Assembly: GCA_047967505.1 (NCBI GenBank)
Contig: CM106538.1
Source of the DNA: Dipteris shenzhenensis
Lineage: Eukaryota
Reading direction: 5' to 3' (one strand)
DNA: 64,000 nucleotides
Of the stretch, positions 35,699-49,467 are shown piece after piece (the stretch's first letter is position 1; each line of letters opens with the position of its first letter). The notes under the pieces are model-generated. The model searched no databases and was not told where the DNA came from. It saw nothing but the letters and a program-made list of their open reading frames with translations. Made by a program: the position numbers and the translations under genes.

Positions 35699-37147
35699 AA
35701 AATTTTAAAAAAAATCTAGATAAAGAATTAATCAAAAAAATTTACTAGTATGTGAAAAAAGTTTGTAAGTTTGCTCTTTCTTGCTTTCTTGCTCTTCCTT
35801 CCTTGCTTTCTTGCTTGTCCTTGCTTTCTTGCTTCAATGAATGAAATGAGGGGAGAATGAATGAAGAAGGAAGACTATATATAACAAAAACTAGGTTTTC
35901 CTCCTCATCTCCTATTGGCTTTCCATTCCTCCCCTCTCTCCTATTGGCTTTTCATTCCTCCCCTCTCCCATTGGCTCTTATTACTCCCCCTCTCCCATTG
36001 GACCCCCATCCCTCGTCCAAATCTTCCATTGGCCCTCCCCCCATCCATTTCTTCTTCCTCCCCCATTGCCACCACTCCCATCCCACATTTCCACCATGTC
36101 CCAAACTCCTCCAATTTCCCAAAATCCCATATTTCCCCATCTCACCCTCCTCTTTTTCATCCCCTATTAACTCCCCTCACTCATTTCACTCCCTTATTAT
36201 CCTACTCCCCTATTACCTCCCCCTCTCCCATTCCATTCCTCCCTCCCCACTCTCACTTCCACTTGCTTGCTTGATAGCTGAATCCTCTTATCCCCCTCTT
36301 CTCTTCACTTTTCTTGTTTATTTATTAAATTCTAACTTAATCTTCCATTCTTTTTATAGCCTAATCTCTTGCTACTATGACCATGTCCCATGGTATACTT
36401 ACTCCATTCTTCAAGTAAGCTACTCTACTTTGTCCTATTCATTGACCTTTCGTTGATTTTTCTTTTGCACTTGTGGACAAGCTAATCAATAAAGTATTCC
36501 ATTTTTTAATTTTGTCAAATCCATAGCTATTCCATCTCGTAGGTTCTCACCTTAACTCTTTTTTGCATAGCTAATTTCAGCACAAGCATGCAGAGTTGGG
36601 GGTGTCACATATGACATCACTAGGTTTAAAGTCTCTTTGTTTGCTCTCATCATGAGAGACTACACCATCTACTAAGGCACCCTAAACAAGTCCACAAATT
36701 TGATGCTAGGAGAATGAGAGGATGACAAGGACTCATGGGAAGGTAGCTAATGCACATAGCAATGAATGGTTTCTCGAGTGTGTTTGGTTTGAGAGCTAAA
36801 TCTCGAGGTATAACTGCTAATGGAATTGTTGCTCCTTACATTGCTAGTAGAATGGGGATTTCTCTCTTATGGCTAGTCACCCCATCTCCTACATCACAAT
36901 TGACCCCCCCCCCCTCCATCTCCTCATGCATAGGCACTATGTCTTAAGGGCTCATCTATGATTGGATGATATGAGAATTCGTAGAGGAGGAGCCTAAAGG
37001 ATTAAGTCCCGGTGTTATTTGTGCATGCAACAATTCATGTTTACGGTCTTTAATAAGGGCTATTTTCAAATATTGGCATCACAAATCTTTGTATAAGAGA
37101 GACTGAGTCATAGAGTAGCTTCAATTGAGCCTATAGCTTCAATTTAG

Positions 37148-38920
37148 CAAGGTGGTCAGATGTTTCTTCCTGGATTGCAAGTTATGCCTTGATGAAGGTT
37201 TTGTGAAGAAGAGGGCCTTTGATGATGTGGCACAAGGATTCACATGTTGAATTCCATACTGTGCTTACAAAGGGACTGTGCTTGGGTGGCACTATGCCAT
37301 GTGGCAGTCTTCTAACTAGACTGAGTTAACCCAAGTCTAAGAAAACTTAACCATGGCTAAATCTTATCCTGCCACGTGTCCAATGCTGACCTTGAGTGTG
37401 GCTAACCAAACATTTACTAACCATGGTTATGTTAGCCAGGTGGCCTTATCTACCACATGGCATCATCTTCCTCACATGGCTCTCAGAAGGCCACGCCTTT
37501 GAAGTTGTCGGGCTGGAGTGCCTCTAAAGGCCATGCGTGTTTGCAGCGGTTGGAGCGATTGTTGATGGAGTCTGGTAAGCCGTCCAGTGATGCGAACAGC
37601 CAAGAGCTTGCATTAGGCTACTGGCATCTATTATTTGTAGAGGCACAGAGTCATTCGTTTGTCGAAGCTGGCGTCTGGCTATTGGATATGGTGTGACTTG
37701 TGAGCTGCTCGCGGAGAGCGCTGTAAGTTTCTTTGAGGTTGGCTTGTGAAGGAGATGCCCATTGCTGCTGCAAGCCATCACTGAGGTACAACCGATGTCT
37801 CTTCAATAGTAATCTTGGCGGGCTAAAGGATGGAATCAAGGAACCTCGAGTAGCAAGCGGGTGACACCCAGTATTGCGGGTGACACCCAGTATTGCGGCT
37901 GATCAACTAGTATGATGAGGCCTGAAGCCGCCAGAGGGAAGCCGAAGGGAGTGCAGGAATATCCAATATTGGCACTGAAGGTTTGACAGTCTGAATCTGC
38001 AACTTGCCTTTCCGAGTAGTCTTGAGGGAAGGTGGTCAGTTTTTTTTGAGATCATGACAGCGTCCAGTTCCATTGGAGCATGCTACGATAGTTTGAGCTC
38101 TCTACCAAGGTATGATTAAGTATGAGTATGCTCATGACCCGTTGGCTGGAGCATCCCATGTAGAAAAGGATTCGTTTGGCTGGCTGCGTTGTAAAGGGCC
38201 AAGCTACAAGGAGCCTTCTGAAGATAGGAATCTGGACACCGCGTCTGATGGCTGCGTATAAGGCCGTTGTTGGAGAGGCAACTACTCCTGTAGTGGGAAG
38301 ATGTTGAAGGTCGCCATATGATGAAATTGTAGGTTTGTAGGCCAGCTCAGGAGACCTTGTTGGTGGAGGCCGGCTCTAGAGATTTTGTTGTCGAGGGGGG
38401 CTAAGCTGCCTTAGAGTTAATGATGAAGCCTTAGCTGCTTGCTAGAGCCTGTTGATAAGGCTCAAGTAGTCGTTTAGGCTGTAGAAGCTGGGTATGGGCC
38501 TTTGAACATTTGAAACTCTCTCAAAGAATAGAAGTTTCTCTCCCTCACAATAAAATCTCACAAGGCAAAGAAAGTATCTAGCTTTCTCACAAATTTAGTG
38601 AAGAGTTGCTCCCTATCTCTCACAATCTCTCAAAGAACTCTCTCACAAAATGAATGGACACAAAATTTCTCTCTCAAGAGATGGAAATTTGTTCTCACTC
38701 TAAAACTAAAACTAACCTAGGAGAAAAATATGAGCTCTTAAGGCATGCCTACAACTAATCTAGGAATGGGAGCAATCCTATTGAACTACTAATGAGCTAA
38801 ACTAGGAGAGCTAAACCTATGCTCTGATACCATGGCAAAACATGTGTGCCTCTGGATCTATGGAGCACTCCATAGGTGGATGGAACCTATGTGGAGACAT
38901 GATGAAGAGAGTGCTCATGA
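37148..38920 (-). mobile_element. Copy B remnant of the gag-deleted LTR element
   Basis: Matches 7490-9226. PBS at 38,821-38,832. The 3' LTR and PPT were removed by the deletion at ~37,148. Confidence 0.85.
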
Positions 38921-39190
38921 TGAAGAGAGAGCATTAGTGAAAAATAAGGAGAAACATGAGTAAAACCCATATCCATCCCTTGGACATTTGTTCTCATAGG
39001 GCTACTTTTGTTTGTCTACTTGTCTAATGTAAAGAATTTGTATCCATCATTTAAGCATGTGTTGTATCATGACAGATATGCAAATAAGGTGAATGAATTC
39101 ATCACGCCTGCTTGGAGGAAGCAATAAAGGTTGTCGAGAACAACCCATCAAAGGTGCAGACCATTCTCCAACCCTTTGTCAAAACAGCAC

Positions 39191-40013
39191 CTTCATGAGT
39201 CAGCTCAAGTATGTTGACAATCTCCTAAAGAAGTTTCATATGGTAAATTGCAAGATTGCAGCCACTCCCTTGGAACAGAGTTTGAAATTTACAAAAGATT
39301 CAGAAAAGCCTACAGTCAATGATAGGTACTACAAGCAGCTCATCGAATCTCTTATATATCTGACTATCACATGGCCAGATATTTGTTATGTAGTAACCTC
39401 ACTAGCGCAGTTTATGGCAAATCCAAAATAGTCTCACTGGATTGCAGCCAAAATAGTCTTGAGGTACATTAGAGGTACAAGACAGTTTGGGATAGAATAC
39501 AGAGGAAGTCATCCATGGTTGCATGGATACTATGATAGTGACTATGTCGGAGATCATGAGACCAAGAGATTCACACATGTATATGCATTTTTCCTTGGTC
39601 AAGTTGTTATATCATGGTTGTCCAACAAATAGCCAACTGTTTCTTTGTCTTCAACTGAAGCAAAATATAGAGCACTCACTATAAGTGCATGTGAGGCTAT
39701 ATGGCTCAGAAGACTATTTTCAAAAACAAATTACTTTGATGAGTCAAAGCCAACAACAATATACTGTGATAATCAATCGGCTCAAGCATTGCCCAAGAAT
39801 CCAGCATATCACTTTAGTACAAAGCACATTGATGTCAAAGAGCACTTCATTAGAGAAAGAATATTACTTGGTGACATCATACTGCAGCATTGTCATAGCA
39901 AAGAGAATGTTGCAGACATCTTTACCAAACCACTTGATAAAGAGCTTTTCGAGAAACACCGACCAGCTCTTGGTTTGATGCAGAGGAAGGACATTCCCAT
40001 TAAAGGGGTGTGA
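39191..40013 (+). mobile_element. pol: Decayed Copia RT/RNase H (family 1, copy B)
   Basis: Twin of 9587-10411 with the same motifs and different stops. Confidence 0.92.
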
Positions 40014-40399
40014 TGGAATGTAATGTTCAGTCCTTCTTCGATTCCCTAGAATCATCATCTTGAGGGAAGGCCTACTTCATGATGTTGATCTTAAGGAAAC
40101 GTGTTGAGAGTTCACGTTCAACATCAGGTAATCATATGTGCATAACACTAACCCAATAGAGTGCTATAAGAAAAGGGTTAGATGCCCTAACCCTAACCCT
40201 AAATGGGTTTGTATATATTCTACATTTTTAACTAAATCTAGTGTACAGTTAGTCATTTGTGGTGTTCTCTCTAGCTATGCCCTCTCTCCTCATCTCCACT
40301 CTTCTCCTCTCCCCTCTTCATATTTTGTTAGAACTAGCCAAGGAAGAACCTTTGGAAGAGGTTCAATTAAAGTGAGTGGAAGCAGCTCATTCTCCAGGC

Positions 40400-43300
40400 A
40401 TGGAGGAGGCCATACAAGATGACTTTCATTGGGAAGACGTGGTCACAGTGAAGATTCTAGAGTAGATTCTCTAGGAAAAACTCGTGAAGGTGTTGAACCC
40501 TACACTATTTATGTGGGGGTAGTTTAGTAGATGTGGAAAGACTTCTTTGACATCCCCTTCTGCAAAGGAAGGAACCTTTTGGCAACTCTCAAACCAGTAG
40601 AGATACATGCTACAATGCAAGGAGGGGGGCTTAGGGCCACAAATTCAAAAGAAGTGAATGGTTCATTGTCCTCCAAGAACAACAGCAACAAGAGGTCAAC
40701 AAACTTTGATCAAGAGTTATAGGGCGCCATCAATAGTGAGCACCTAAAGAAATAAGAACTATTCAATGAGCAAGGCATTGGACCTCCAAGAAGGTGGACC
40801 TCCAAGAAGGCAGTGATCTCCCAAGTAAATCTATATGACAACTTTCATGATGACTCTGTCAACTTGGTTGAATCACATGCCACTTTTTGGTTTCCTGCAT
40901 GGACCTTGTCCTCTAGTTGGATCTTGAAGATTGAATTCATAATAAGTGGTTCCAATTTTCTAGTTGGATATAAATATTGTGTTTTGACCATTGCATTGAC
41001 ATTGAATTTTGGATTGGGCTATTCTATAATTGAGTGGCTATTTCTTTGTTTATTAGGTTGAATCAATGATGTGATTAACTTCATTGTTTATTGAGGCATT
41101 GTTAGTGGATCAAATGGTGTGATTAACTTATTTCTATCTATGTTCATCTAGAACTATACAAAGTGTAATGCCTTATGTATTTTCAATAGCATATGGAAAT
41201 GATAGCAAGCTATAGTTTCTTAGCACTTTTTATTCAATCTTAATCATTTAGAAATTTATTTGCAGCAAGTAAGCAAAAAATATCCAATGATGACAATGAA
41301 GAAGCAAATTCATATTGTGCACCTAATTCCATCCAACACTTTGTGGGAGGTGGCAATGCACTGGATTTGTTAACCATAGCCCAATTACATGATAGCATAC
41401 CATATCGGTTTGCTTTTGAGGGCAAGTTACTTTCAAAGGATGGTACTTACAAAGCTTTGAATCCTGACTATTCGATCAAGTTGAGAGTGGACTTGACTGA
41501 CAAGTATTGTTGCAACACAGCGACATTGGTGGTGCCAGAAACATATATACCACAATTTATTGACTACTTGCAAGAAGATGGATTTTATAGAGTGGAGGGT
41601 GTAGCTATTGTAAAGAAAGTAGTTGTAGAAGGAGGCACTTCAAAATATTCTCTCTTGATTGATGCTACTATGGCTATTGCAAGAGGTGAACCTTTTGAAG
41701 GATCTATTCATTTAGTTGTGAATCACTCTATTTGTACCAATACTCCATGGGATGCACACATGATACGCACAGATGTTGGCAATGTGGCAAGTGTAATGGG
41801 CTCACTTGCAGTAGTCACCATCAAAGTTGGTAGTGAAGATGGGAAGGCAGATCATATTATTCTCGCAGTCCTAGAGATGAAGATAGAGTAGATGTGAGTT
41901 CCATGTTGTTTATTAATATTGATTCCAGTTTATTTAGAAGAAGAATGAATTTCTAACTAATGAATTTTTTTCGTAGCTATCTTTTGTGAATGAAAGAAAA
42001 CATACACTTACCCCACTCATTCAGAGTTTAATGAGGGGGGTGTTTTTATGTATGTTTTGCAAAATGTCTCTTTCTTGGCCAAAGGAACACTATGTGTGTT
42101 TGACTTTACGGTCCTAGCTGAGGTGCCAAAAGGATCAAAGGAAGGGGAGCTTGCAACTGCCTTCACAAGCCAAGTAGCAAAACTTGGCTATGGAACACAC
42201 ATTGGTACAATTTATATTCATGCTTTTCTACTCCATTTGCAATAACTAACAATCTTTGCCTACAATTTTGTAGATTTTTGGAGTCCTTCACTTCACAAAC
42301 ATCAATGCCAAATTGATTGAGTATGTTTGTGATACTTGTGGAGGTGCACGTGTTATTTATGACCTGAGCCATCCTTTTTGTTACAGCTATAAAGGCCCTA
42401 AAGCCATCTCTATTGAGGCTTGCTTGACTAGAAATATTTTGCAATGCAATGGTGAACATGCACGTGTTCATATTAGAGGAGAATAGGTTGATATAGTACT
42501 TTGTCTAGAATTCCCTTTCCTAGAACTATATCAACATGATGTAACTGATGTACCATGAAATTCAAGAGTGTGAAACCTAGTGGCAGCTTTACTGTCAATA
42601 GCTCATGATTTGTGATAGCATTTTAGCCGAATGTATGATGAACTTATTGTCATTATCCTAAGCTATATTTGAATTTGGTTCTTTATTTTGTAAGACTTTG
42701 TTTTGAAAGGTTTGAATCAATGGGTTTGAAAAAGCTTCTTATCTTGGAAGGTTTAAAACTAATTGTTTCCTTCTATGACTTTAGACCTTATAACAATGAC
42801 ATTGTACATTGTCTCTTGGAACTTCTTCCTTCTTGGCAATATGATAGTTTAACATTTGATTTATACAAACATATTGTCATAGAAGATAAACTTGAAAAAG
42901 GCCCTTGCCGAACAATATATTTTCCACAAGAAGATTGCGAAAAAAATACTTTGGATTATGAGAATTTCAAAATGATTAGTCTTCCTACTATAACTCATGT
43001 GCATTGATGGTTGATATTCTTGCAAAAACTTCATTAATGCAAAAGTGTTCCTTTGCTTTGAAATGTTATAATGGGATCACATTTTCCATCATTGCAACTA
43101 TTGGTACTTCAACACAAAGGCAAGAGCATCCAATTCTACTAAATGAAAGCACAACACTTTTACAATTGCGCCTCTTATCAATTTCAATAAAAAGTGCCCT
43201 TACATTGCATGGTGTGAACAAGATGAAAAAATATTATGTGACTTGATTCTGAGTTTGCCAACTAAAGAGATTGCACGAATGTATAGCATGCACTATTCTC

Positions 43301-46300
43301 AAGATTCTCAAGAAATGTATGAGCATTAGAGTGTCATTAACAAAATATACAATTTGAAGAAAAATTGGTTTGCAACACAACAAAATGATAGAACATTTAC
43401 CTCTTCGGATTTTGGAATTTAAATTTTGAGATCTTACTTGTAGGCCATAGACTAGAGTCCATTGTCTCTATACAATAATCTTTAATGTTACAAAGTTTTT
43501 TGTAACATTAGTCCCTATATTTAAAGAACACAACACCCTTCTAAAAAAAGGGGTTTTCCCTTCAAAAGAATGGAAAGAGATAAATGAACCTTCAAAATAA
43601 AATAGAATTACAACATTGGAAAACATTTCTTGTAGTTATTTTGAGAAAATAAAAAACATATTAACTAGAAGGATGATCCTTCAAAATGAAATTCTAGCCT
43701 ACCCTTCAAATTTGAGGCCTGACAAAACTCACTTGAGGCTAGAGCTTTAATGATGCACTTGGTCTCCTTTGTTATAGACTAGGACAGTAACATGCGTATA
43801 TGTTGTGGTCTTTTGAAATTCTTGTGCAATATGAAAAAGATAACATCACAAGTTGAGTCTTTCTTACATTCTCATGGTTTTGAAGATATTGATAAAACAA
43901 CAAATAATACTCTACCATGTTAGTTATGTTGCCATCAAATTCCAAAAGGAAAGTACCCCATGCTATCTTTAAAAAACATGTCAAAGTTTACATCTAAAAC
44001 ATTACATACTTCTCAACTAAATGACCTTGAAGCTAGGCTAATATCTAGAAAAATATCTATAAGAATACCATTTGATCACATACAAGAGTTAACATATAAA
44101 GGTGAATTTAGACTACGTGGAAGTGTGGTCAATGTATTTGCAGATGTTGACAGAGCACAAAATGTACTCCCTCATTATCTAGACACAAATGACAATGTGG
44201 CACTTGTAATAAGACACAAACTTTCATACAATCATAATTACATGAGTGGGTTGGTGCAACCATCACATTAACAATGCTTGCACTAAATAAATTACTTGCA
44301 AGCAAATTGTATCAATAATACAAAGTCAAAATAAATCCAAGTTGGATAGATAACATAAAGGAAGATCCACATTGTGAAGAGCTTGCATTCCCTCCTAAGC
44401 TATTCTTTGGCAATGGACATTATTACAAAATTAATGAACGTATATCCAATCAAGAAATTGCGTCATGAGAGCTAACAAATAATGATCGGCGTTTTCCATT
44501 TTCAATAGAAAATATTTTCTTCAAAACAATGAAAATTTTTAGTTAGACAACATACAACTTCTACATACCACTCCACCATCTGTTAATTACCTCATGGTGA
44601 GTTACTACAAAATGCACATGGTTGTCTCCACATGTTTGGCACGAACAAGTTTGGAAGCTACTTTGGGTCCTAGTGGGGCCTCTAAGGGGTGGGCTCTCAG
44701 TTGTTTCTAGACATTGCATATTAATCATTTGCAATCAATGGAATAAATATTTGTGGCATATTCATATATCTAGATGAATCCAAGAACATGCCCAAACTCA
44801 TCCTCTAAAAACAATAGTGCAGTTTCAATATCATGATAGTCATTCACAAGGTTGAAACTATAAAATCCATCATGCATAGTAGGGACTAGCTACTATGACA
44901 TCCCTACTGACATCATCAGTGCCCAATAGTGGGTGCAGCAGACCACAGTATAAATATATGCGCTCACACATACAAATCCACACACCTACACATACTTGAG
45001 CATTCATTTATACAAACATGCCCAAGGCCACAAAATGATTGCTTTGCAATTATTTAGAATTCCAAACGTTTGGAATTGTCAAAGTTTGGATGTACCCATG
45101 CAAGTTTGCACTGATCGCAAGACTAAAGAATCAAGCACAACTGGGAAGTGTGACTCTGGTATCACAAACTAATTTTTTAGAATTGTCCTAGAATTATTAC
45201 AAAATAAACAAGTAAATGCTGCAACTGACAAACTTTTAGTATGCTCTGTGCTTGACATGCATTTTTGGCTTGAGCAACACGAAGAAGTTGATCTAGAATG
45301 TTCCAGTTTGAAAGCCTTGAAAACCGCACAATTGCACACCTGCTCTGGGTTTGCATGCAAAAGGACTAAACAAAAGGGATAACATTTTTCACCAAAAAAG
45401 CACTTGAAGATACAAACATAGAAAGAATTCTTCAATCCAAAATAGGTTTACTTAGGCCACCTTCTTTTTTTGTCACTATCTCAGTAGCACTGAGAAAGAA
45501 TTTGGGAACCATTACTTGATTGTCTACAATCTTTGACACCAATTCAAGAAGATAACCCATCATTAAACATAAGCACGTACATATGTAATCTAATACGAGT
45601 TGATCCAGTCATCACATCGCAATACTATGTGCATAGATTCCAAGCTCTTAAAACATTGCTAAAAAGAGAGAATAGGATCTTAGGAAAAGTACAAGATTTA
45701 TTTTTTGTAACAGAATTTCAAAATAGAGGAAGCCAACATGACCATGGGCTAGTATGAATTGAAGATGCACCATTGCAAGCTCAAGCAACATATGGATAAA
45801 TTGAAGAGTTTGCTAATAAATACATTACACAAAACATCGTATGAATCAATTTCATGATCCCTTTCTTTTAACAAAAAGCTATATGCCAAACATTGAGTAC
45901 TATTCAAACTTTAGAAAATTGACTGAGGAACAACGTATAATCATAGAAGATGTAATGCTTTAAAAATGAATTCACCCAAGCAATCCTTTGCACCTATTCT
46001 TAACTAGCAATGGTGGTACAGGCAAAACTTTCACATTAATGTTATTAGTGCAAGAACATCTAAGATACTATAACTATAAAGAAACAACAAACTTAGACCC
46101 ACCATGTGTTCTCGTACTAGCATATATAGGCAAGGCAACATTCAACATTGGAGGTTTAACTATCCATGTTGCTCTTCACTTACCTTTAATGACCTGAAAG
46201 TACACAAGCTTGTTTTCAAAAAAATTGCAAGAATTGTCTCATCTTTACAAAGACCTTGAATTGATTGTGTTTGTTGAAGTCTCATTGATAGGGCCAAATA

Positions 46301-46398
46301 CATTCTTAGCTGTTGACATGAGACTAAGAGAAATCAAACACAATCATCTTCAACCATTTGGTGGAATAAATGTTCTATTGTGTGGTGATTTGTGCTAA
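40400..46398 (+). mobile_element. Decayed Helentron/Helitron2-like element, copy B
   Basis: Twin of 10,798-16,785. Best-preserved N-terminal segment is 43960-44271 (LNDLEARLIS...RIPF..IQEL...LRGSVVNV.ADV...LP...IRHKLSYNHNY). Rep motif at 45533 onward; PIF1 at 45988-46398. Confidence 0.8.
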
Positions 46399-46476
46399 GC
46401 AAGTCCCACCAAGACTCATGGATCTTCATGTAGAATCATTCAAGGTCTACCCTAGCAACATCTTTTTGGAAAGAAA

Positions 46477-46558
<82 letters not shown>

Positions 46559-47643
46559 TAGATGAAGGGGATTTTGCATGCTAAAGATTAGTAAAGGGAC
46601 TCTTCATGAGAGTTCATTTTGTGGTGACATGACAATTTTAAAAGCTATAAGACACCTCATGGATGACATAGTAATAGGGAATTTCAAGGGGGGAAGGTCA
46701 TGGATGACATCATGGGAGAAAAGTCACATTTAGAGAGGAGACATCCCAATTTCAAAATGAGAACATTGAGAAAAATAAAGTCTAAATGTGGACACTTGGA
46801 TCAACCATTTTAAGAGAGCCACTTGGGGTGATGAAGAAAAGGGAAATTTTAGTAGAGGACTTGTCTAGACATGAGATTCCGGTCAAACAATTTTAATGGG
46901 GGTAATCCTAAATAGCCTTCATTTTCGGGCTTTAAAGTGACCCCTTTTTCATGAGTTTTGCTTCAATACCCCAATTCTTGATCCTCCCCCCTCTCGCCAC
47001 CCCACCCTTTTTAACCTGGCTCACGACACTCAACACTCCCTTGCCCCTTAGTAATCCATATAAATGGACGCATTACTCGAGATTTGTGAGCTCTTTTGGC
47101 AAGGGTCCGCCCGTACTCATTCATCCACCACTAGGCCAAGACGCTATGCCAAATTCTTGATATTTAAAAACCTCAATTCTTGAGAAGAGCACTTTTTTAT
47201 ACATTAGAACCTCATTTACTCCCTTATATGAATAAAATTTATTCTTTTTTGCAATGGAAAGAAAACCTCCGTTCTTTGTGAATTTATCCACTACTGTAGA
47301 AGTGCTCAGAACTTGAGAAGGGTCTTCTGGAGTTTGTTTTGAGTGTCGGTATTTGCTGTGTGTAGCACCCCACTCACCATGGAGAACTCTTTAGGTAGGC
47401 AGCATAGTGGAACCAAACTGCCTTTCTACGTCTCGTTGAGCAACATGGCACACTGTAAATAGCAACCCCAAACCCACATGAGGGAATCCTATATTTGATG
47501 TTGCTAGATACTACCTCTGCGGGTCTGGTTTCTCTCCCTCCTTTCTTGTTAAGCAAGCAGCACAGTGGCTTGAAACGAGATTCTACATGCCGAGCCTGAC
47601 ACCGTTTACTACTTTGTGCCCGGTTCTAGGTGGAGTGTGAGTG

Positions 47644-47651
47644 TATAAATA
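47644..47651 (+). promoter_or_regulatory. Candidate TATA box of the oxidoreductase gene
   Basis: TATAAATA about 80 bp upstream of the ATG. Also retained in copy A at 18030-18037. Confidence 0.6.
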
Positions 47652-47725
47652 GATGATAAGTGAACCGTTCAAAGAGTCTTGTATAGTGTCTGAGTGAAGA
47701 GGTTGAAAGTCAAGAGTTCAATTCC

Positions 47726-49467
47726 ATGGCTCGCGGCATCGCCCAGTTCAAGGTTGGCGAGCCCCATGAAGCTCTCCAACTCCTCCATCTCCCCACGAAT
47801 CCTCCGCCCCCAGCTCCTGGCTTCGTCCTCGTCCGCATCACCATCCGCCCCATCCACCCCTACGACCTCATGGTCATCCGCACTGGCCGCTTCCTCTCCC
47901 TCCCCCCCCACCTCCTCCCTCCTTTCGTCGGTTGTGAAGGCTTTGGCCTTGTCCATCAGGTAATTAATTCTCCCCCCTCTTGCTTCGCATGCATCCCTGC
48001 TCACCCAATCCATCACACGCCCTTCCGGTTCTGTTTCTTCCTGTAGATCGGCGACGGCGTCACCCAATTCAAGCCCGGCCAGAGAGTCGTCCCCGTGTTG
48101 TGGACTTCGTTTCTCGAAACTGGGCAAGGTTCTTGGCAAGATTACGTTCTCTTGAGTGAGGACCAGATTGTTGCGGTTCCAGACAGCGTCAGTGATGAAT
48201 CGGCTGCCCAATTTGCCCTCAACCCCTGGACGCTATATGGACTTCTCGATGAACTCGCCGTTCCGAAAGGAGAATATGTTTTGCAGACGGCTGCAGCTTC
48301 GGTTCTTGGCAGGTGAGCATCCCTCCCTTCCCAACATTTGCACTAGTAATAAATTCCATTGCTTAAGGTGGGAGTTTACTGTTGTTGTCAAGTTGGCTAA
48401 TCTTGATAGTGGTCGAGGGAGTTCCCCTGTCAATGAACGAGAACTCCTCCTCCCTCCGGTTCCTCTTAAGAAGTGGCCCTAAAGTATGGGTCAATACTCC
48501 AACACTGGTAAAGGATAAGGCCTTGGGTATTGGAGGTTCTCAGATAAGGGAGGGATCCTTCACAAGAAAAGGGATGGCACGATACTGAGCATATTCGAAT
48601 TTGCAGGCAGCTCATTCAGCTGGCGAAGCATTGGGGGATAAAGACAATCAATGTCGTGCGGAACGAGAGATGGAAGGAGGAGCTAAAAGCGCTTGGGGCA
48701 GACGAAGTGATTAACTCCGAGAGCGAAGGTTAGTTAATTACCCAAGTATCTATACTGTGCTGCCGAGTGGCTCCGTTCTTTTGCTGCCAAAAAAGAGTTT
48801 TGCATGGAGCATTCCAACCCCAAAGTCTAATGCGTACAAATAGCTTGTGAAACATAGATTGATGTAGACTACGTATTTTGCAGACATAGTTCAAAGGGTG
48901 AAAGAAATTACAAGCGGCAAGCTGGCATATGGAGCTCTAGATGCTGTTGGGGGTTCTCTAACGAAGGTTCTCTCTCTCTCTCTCTCTATATCTCTCTCTC
49001 ACGTCTTCCATCGCCGAAACAAACTCAATGCTTGTACGCGTTATCTCTTAAACCGCTATCCTGCTTCTCTAAAAACTCACCAGCACAGAACTGGCACTAG
49101 CATGTCGAGATTCTGATCGTAGCAGGCCACTCATTTTGTTAAAATGTTGTCGTCGCTGCAGACCATGGCGGCGAGTGTACGAGCTGGTGGCAGAGTGTTT
49201 GTATATGGATGCTTGTCCGGTTTTGATATCGCATTGAGCGTATTAGACATGATCAGAGGAGTGACAGTGAGCTGGTGGGAAGTTACAAATTACATTAATT
49301 CTAGTGCAGACAAACAAGCTCATGTATGCAAAGAAGTGATGAAGCTAATGGAGGACAAGGTGATCACACCTCTTGCAGGGAAGAAATTTGCGTTGGAAGA
49401 TTTTGTTGCAGCAATTGAAGAGTCGGAGAAAGAGAAAAGGGGGGGCAAGGTGTTTCTCATCAGCTGA
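47726..49467 (+). CDS. Medium-chain dehydrogenase/reductase, enoyl-thioester reductase-like / NADPH:quinone oxidoreductase-like; 336 aa, 5 exons
   Basis: Exons 47726-47959, 48047-48312, 48607-48728, 48884-48966, 49162-49467. All introns are GT-AG, and the total is 1011 nt in one open frame. Motifs: PIHPYDL, GCEGFG, GSWQDYV, NPWTLY, QTAAASVLGRQLIQLAK, TINVVR, LGADEVIN, LDAVGG, VYGCLSG, GGKVFL. Confidence 0.93.

Noticed and set aside
48449-48555. Stowaway-like MITE in intron 2 (CTCCCTCCGG...GGGAGGGA)
   Set aside because: The right TIR is poor and there is no TA target duplication.
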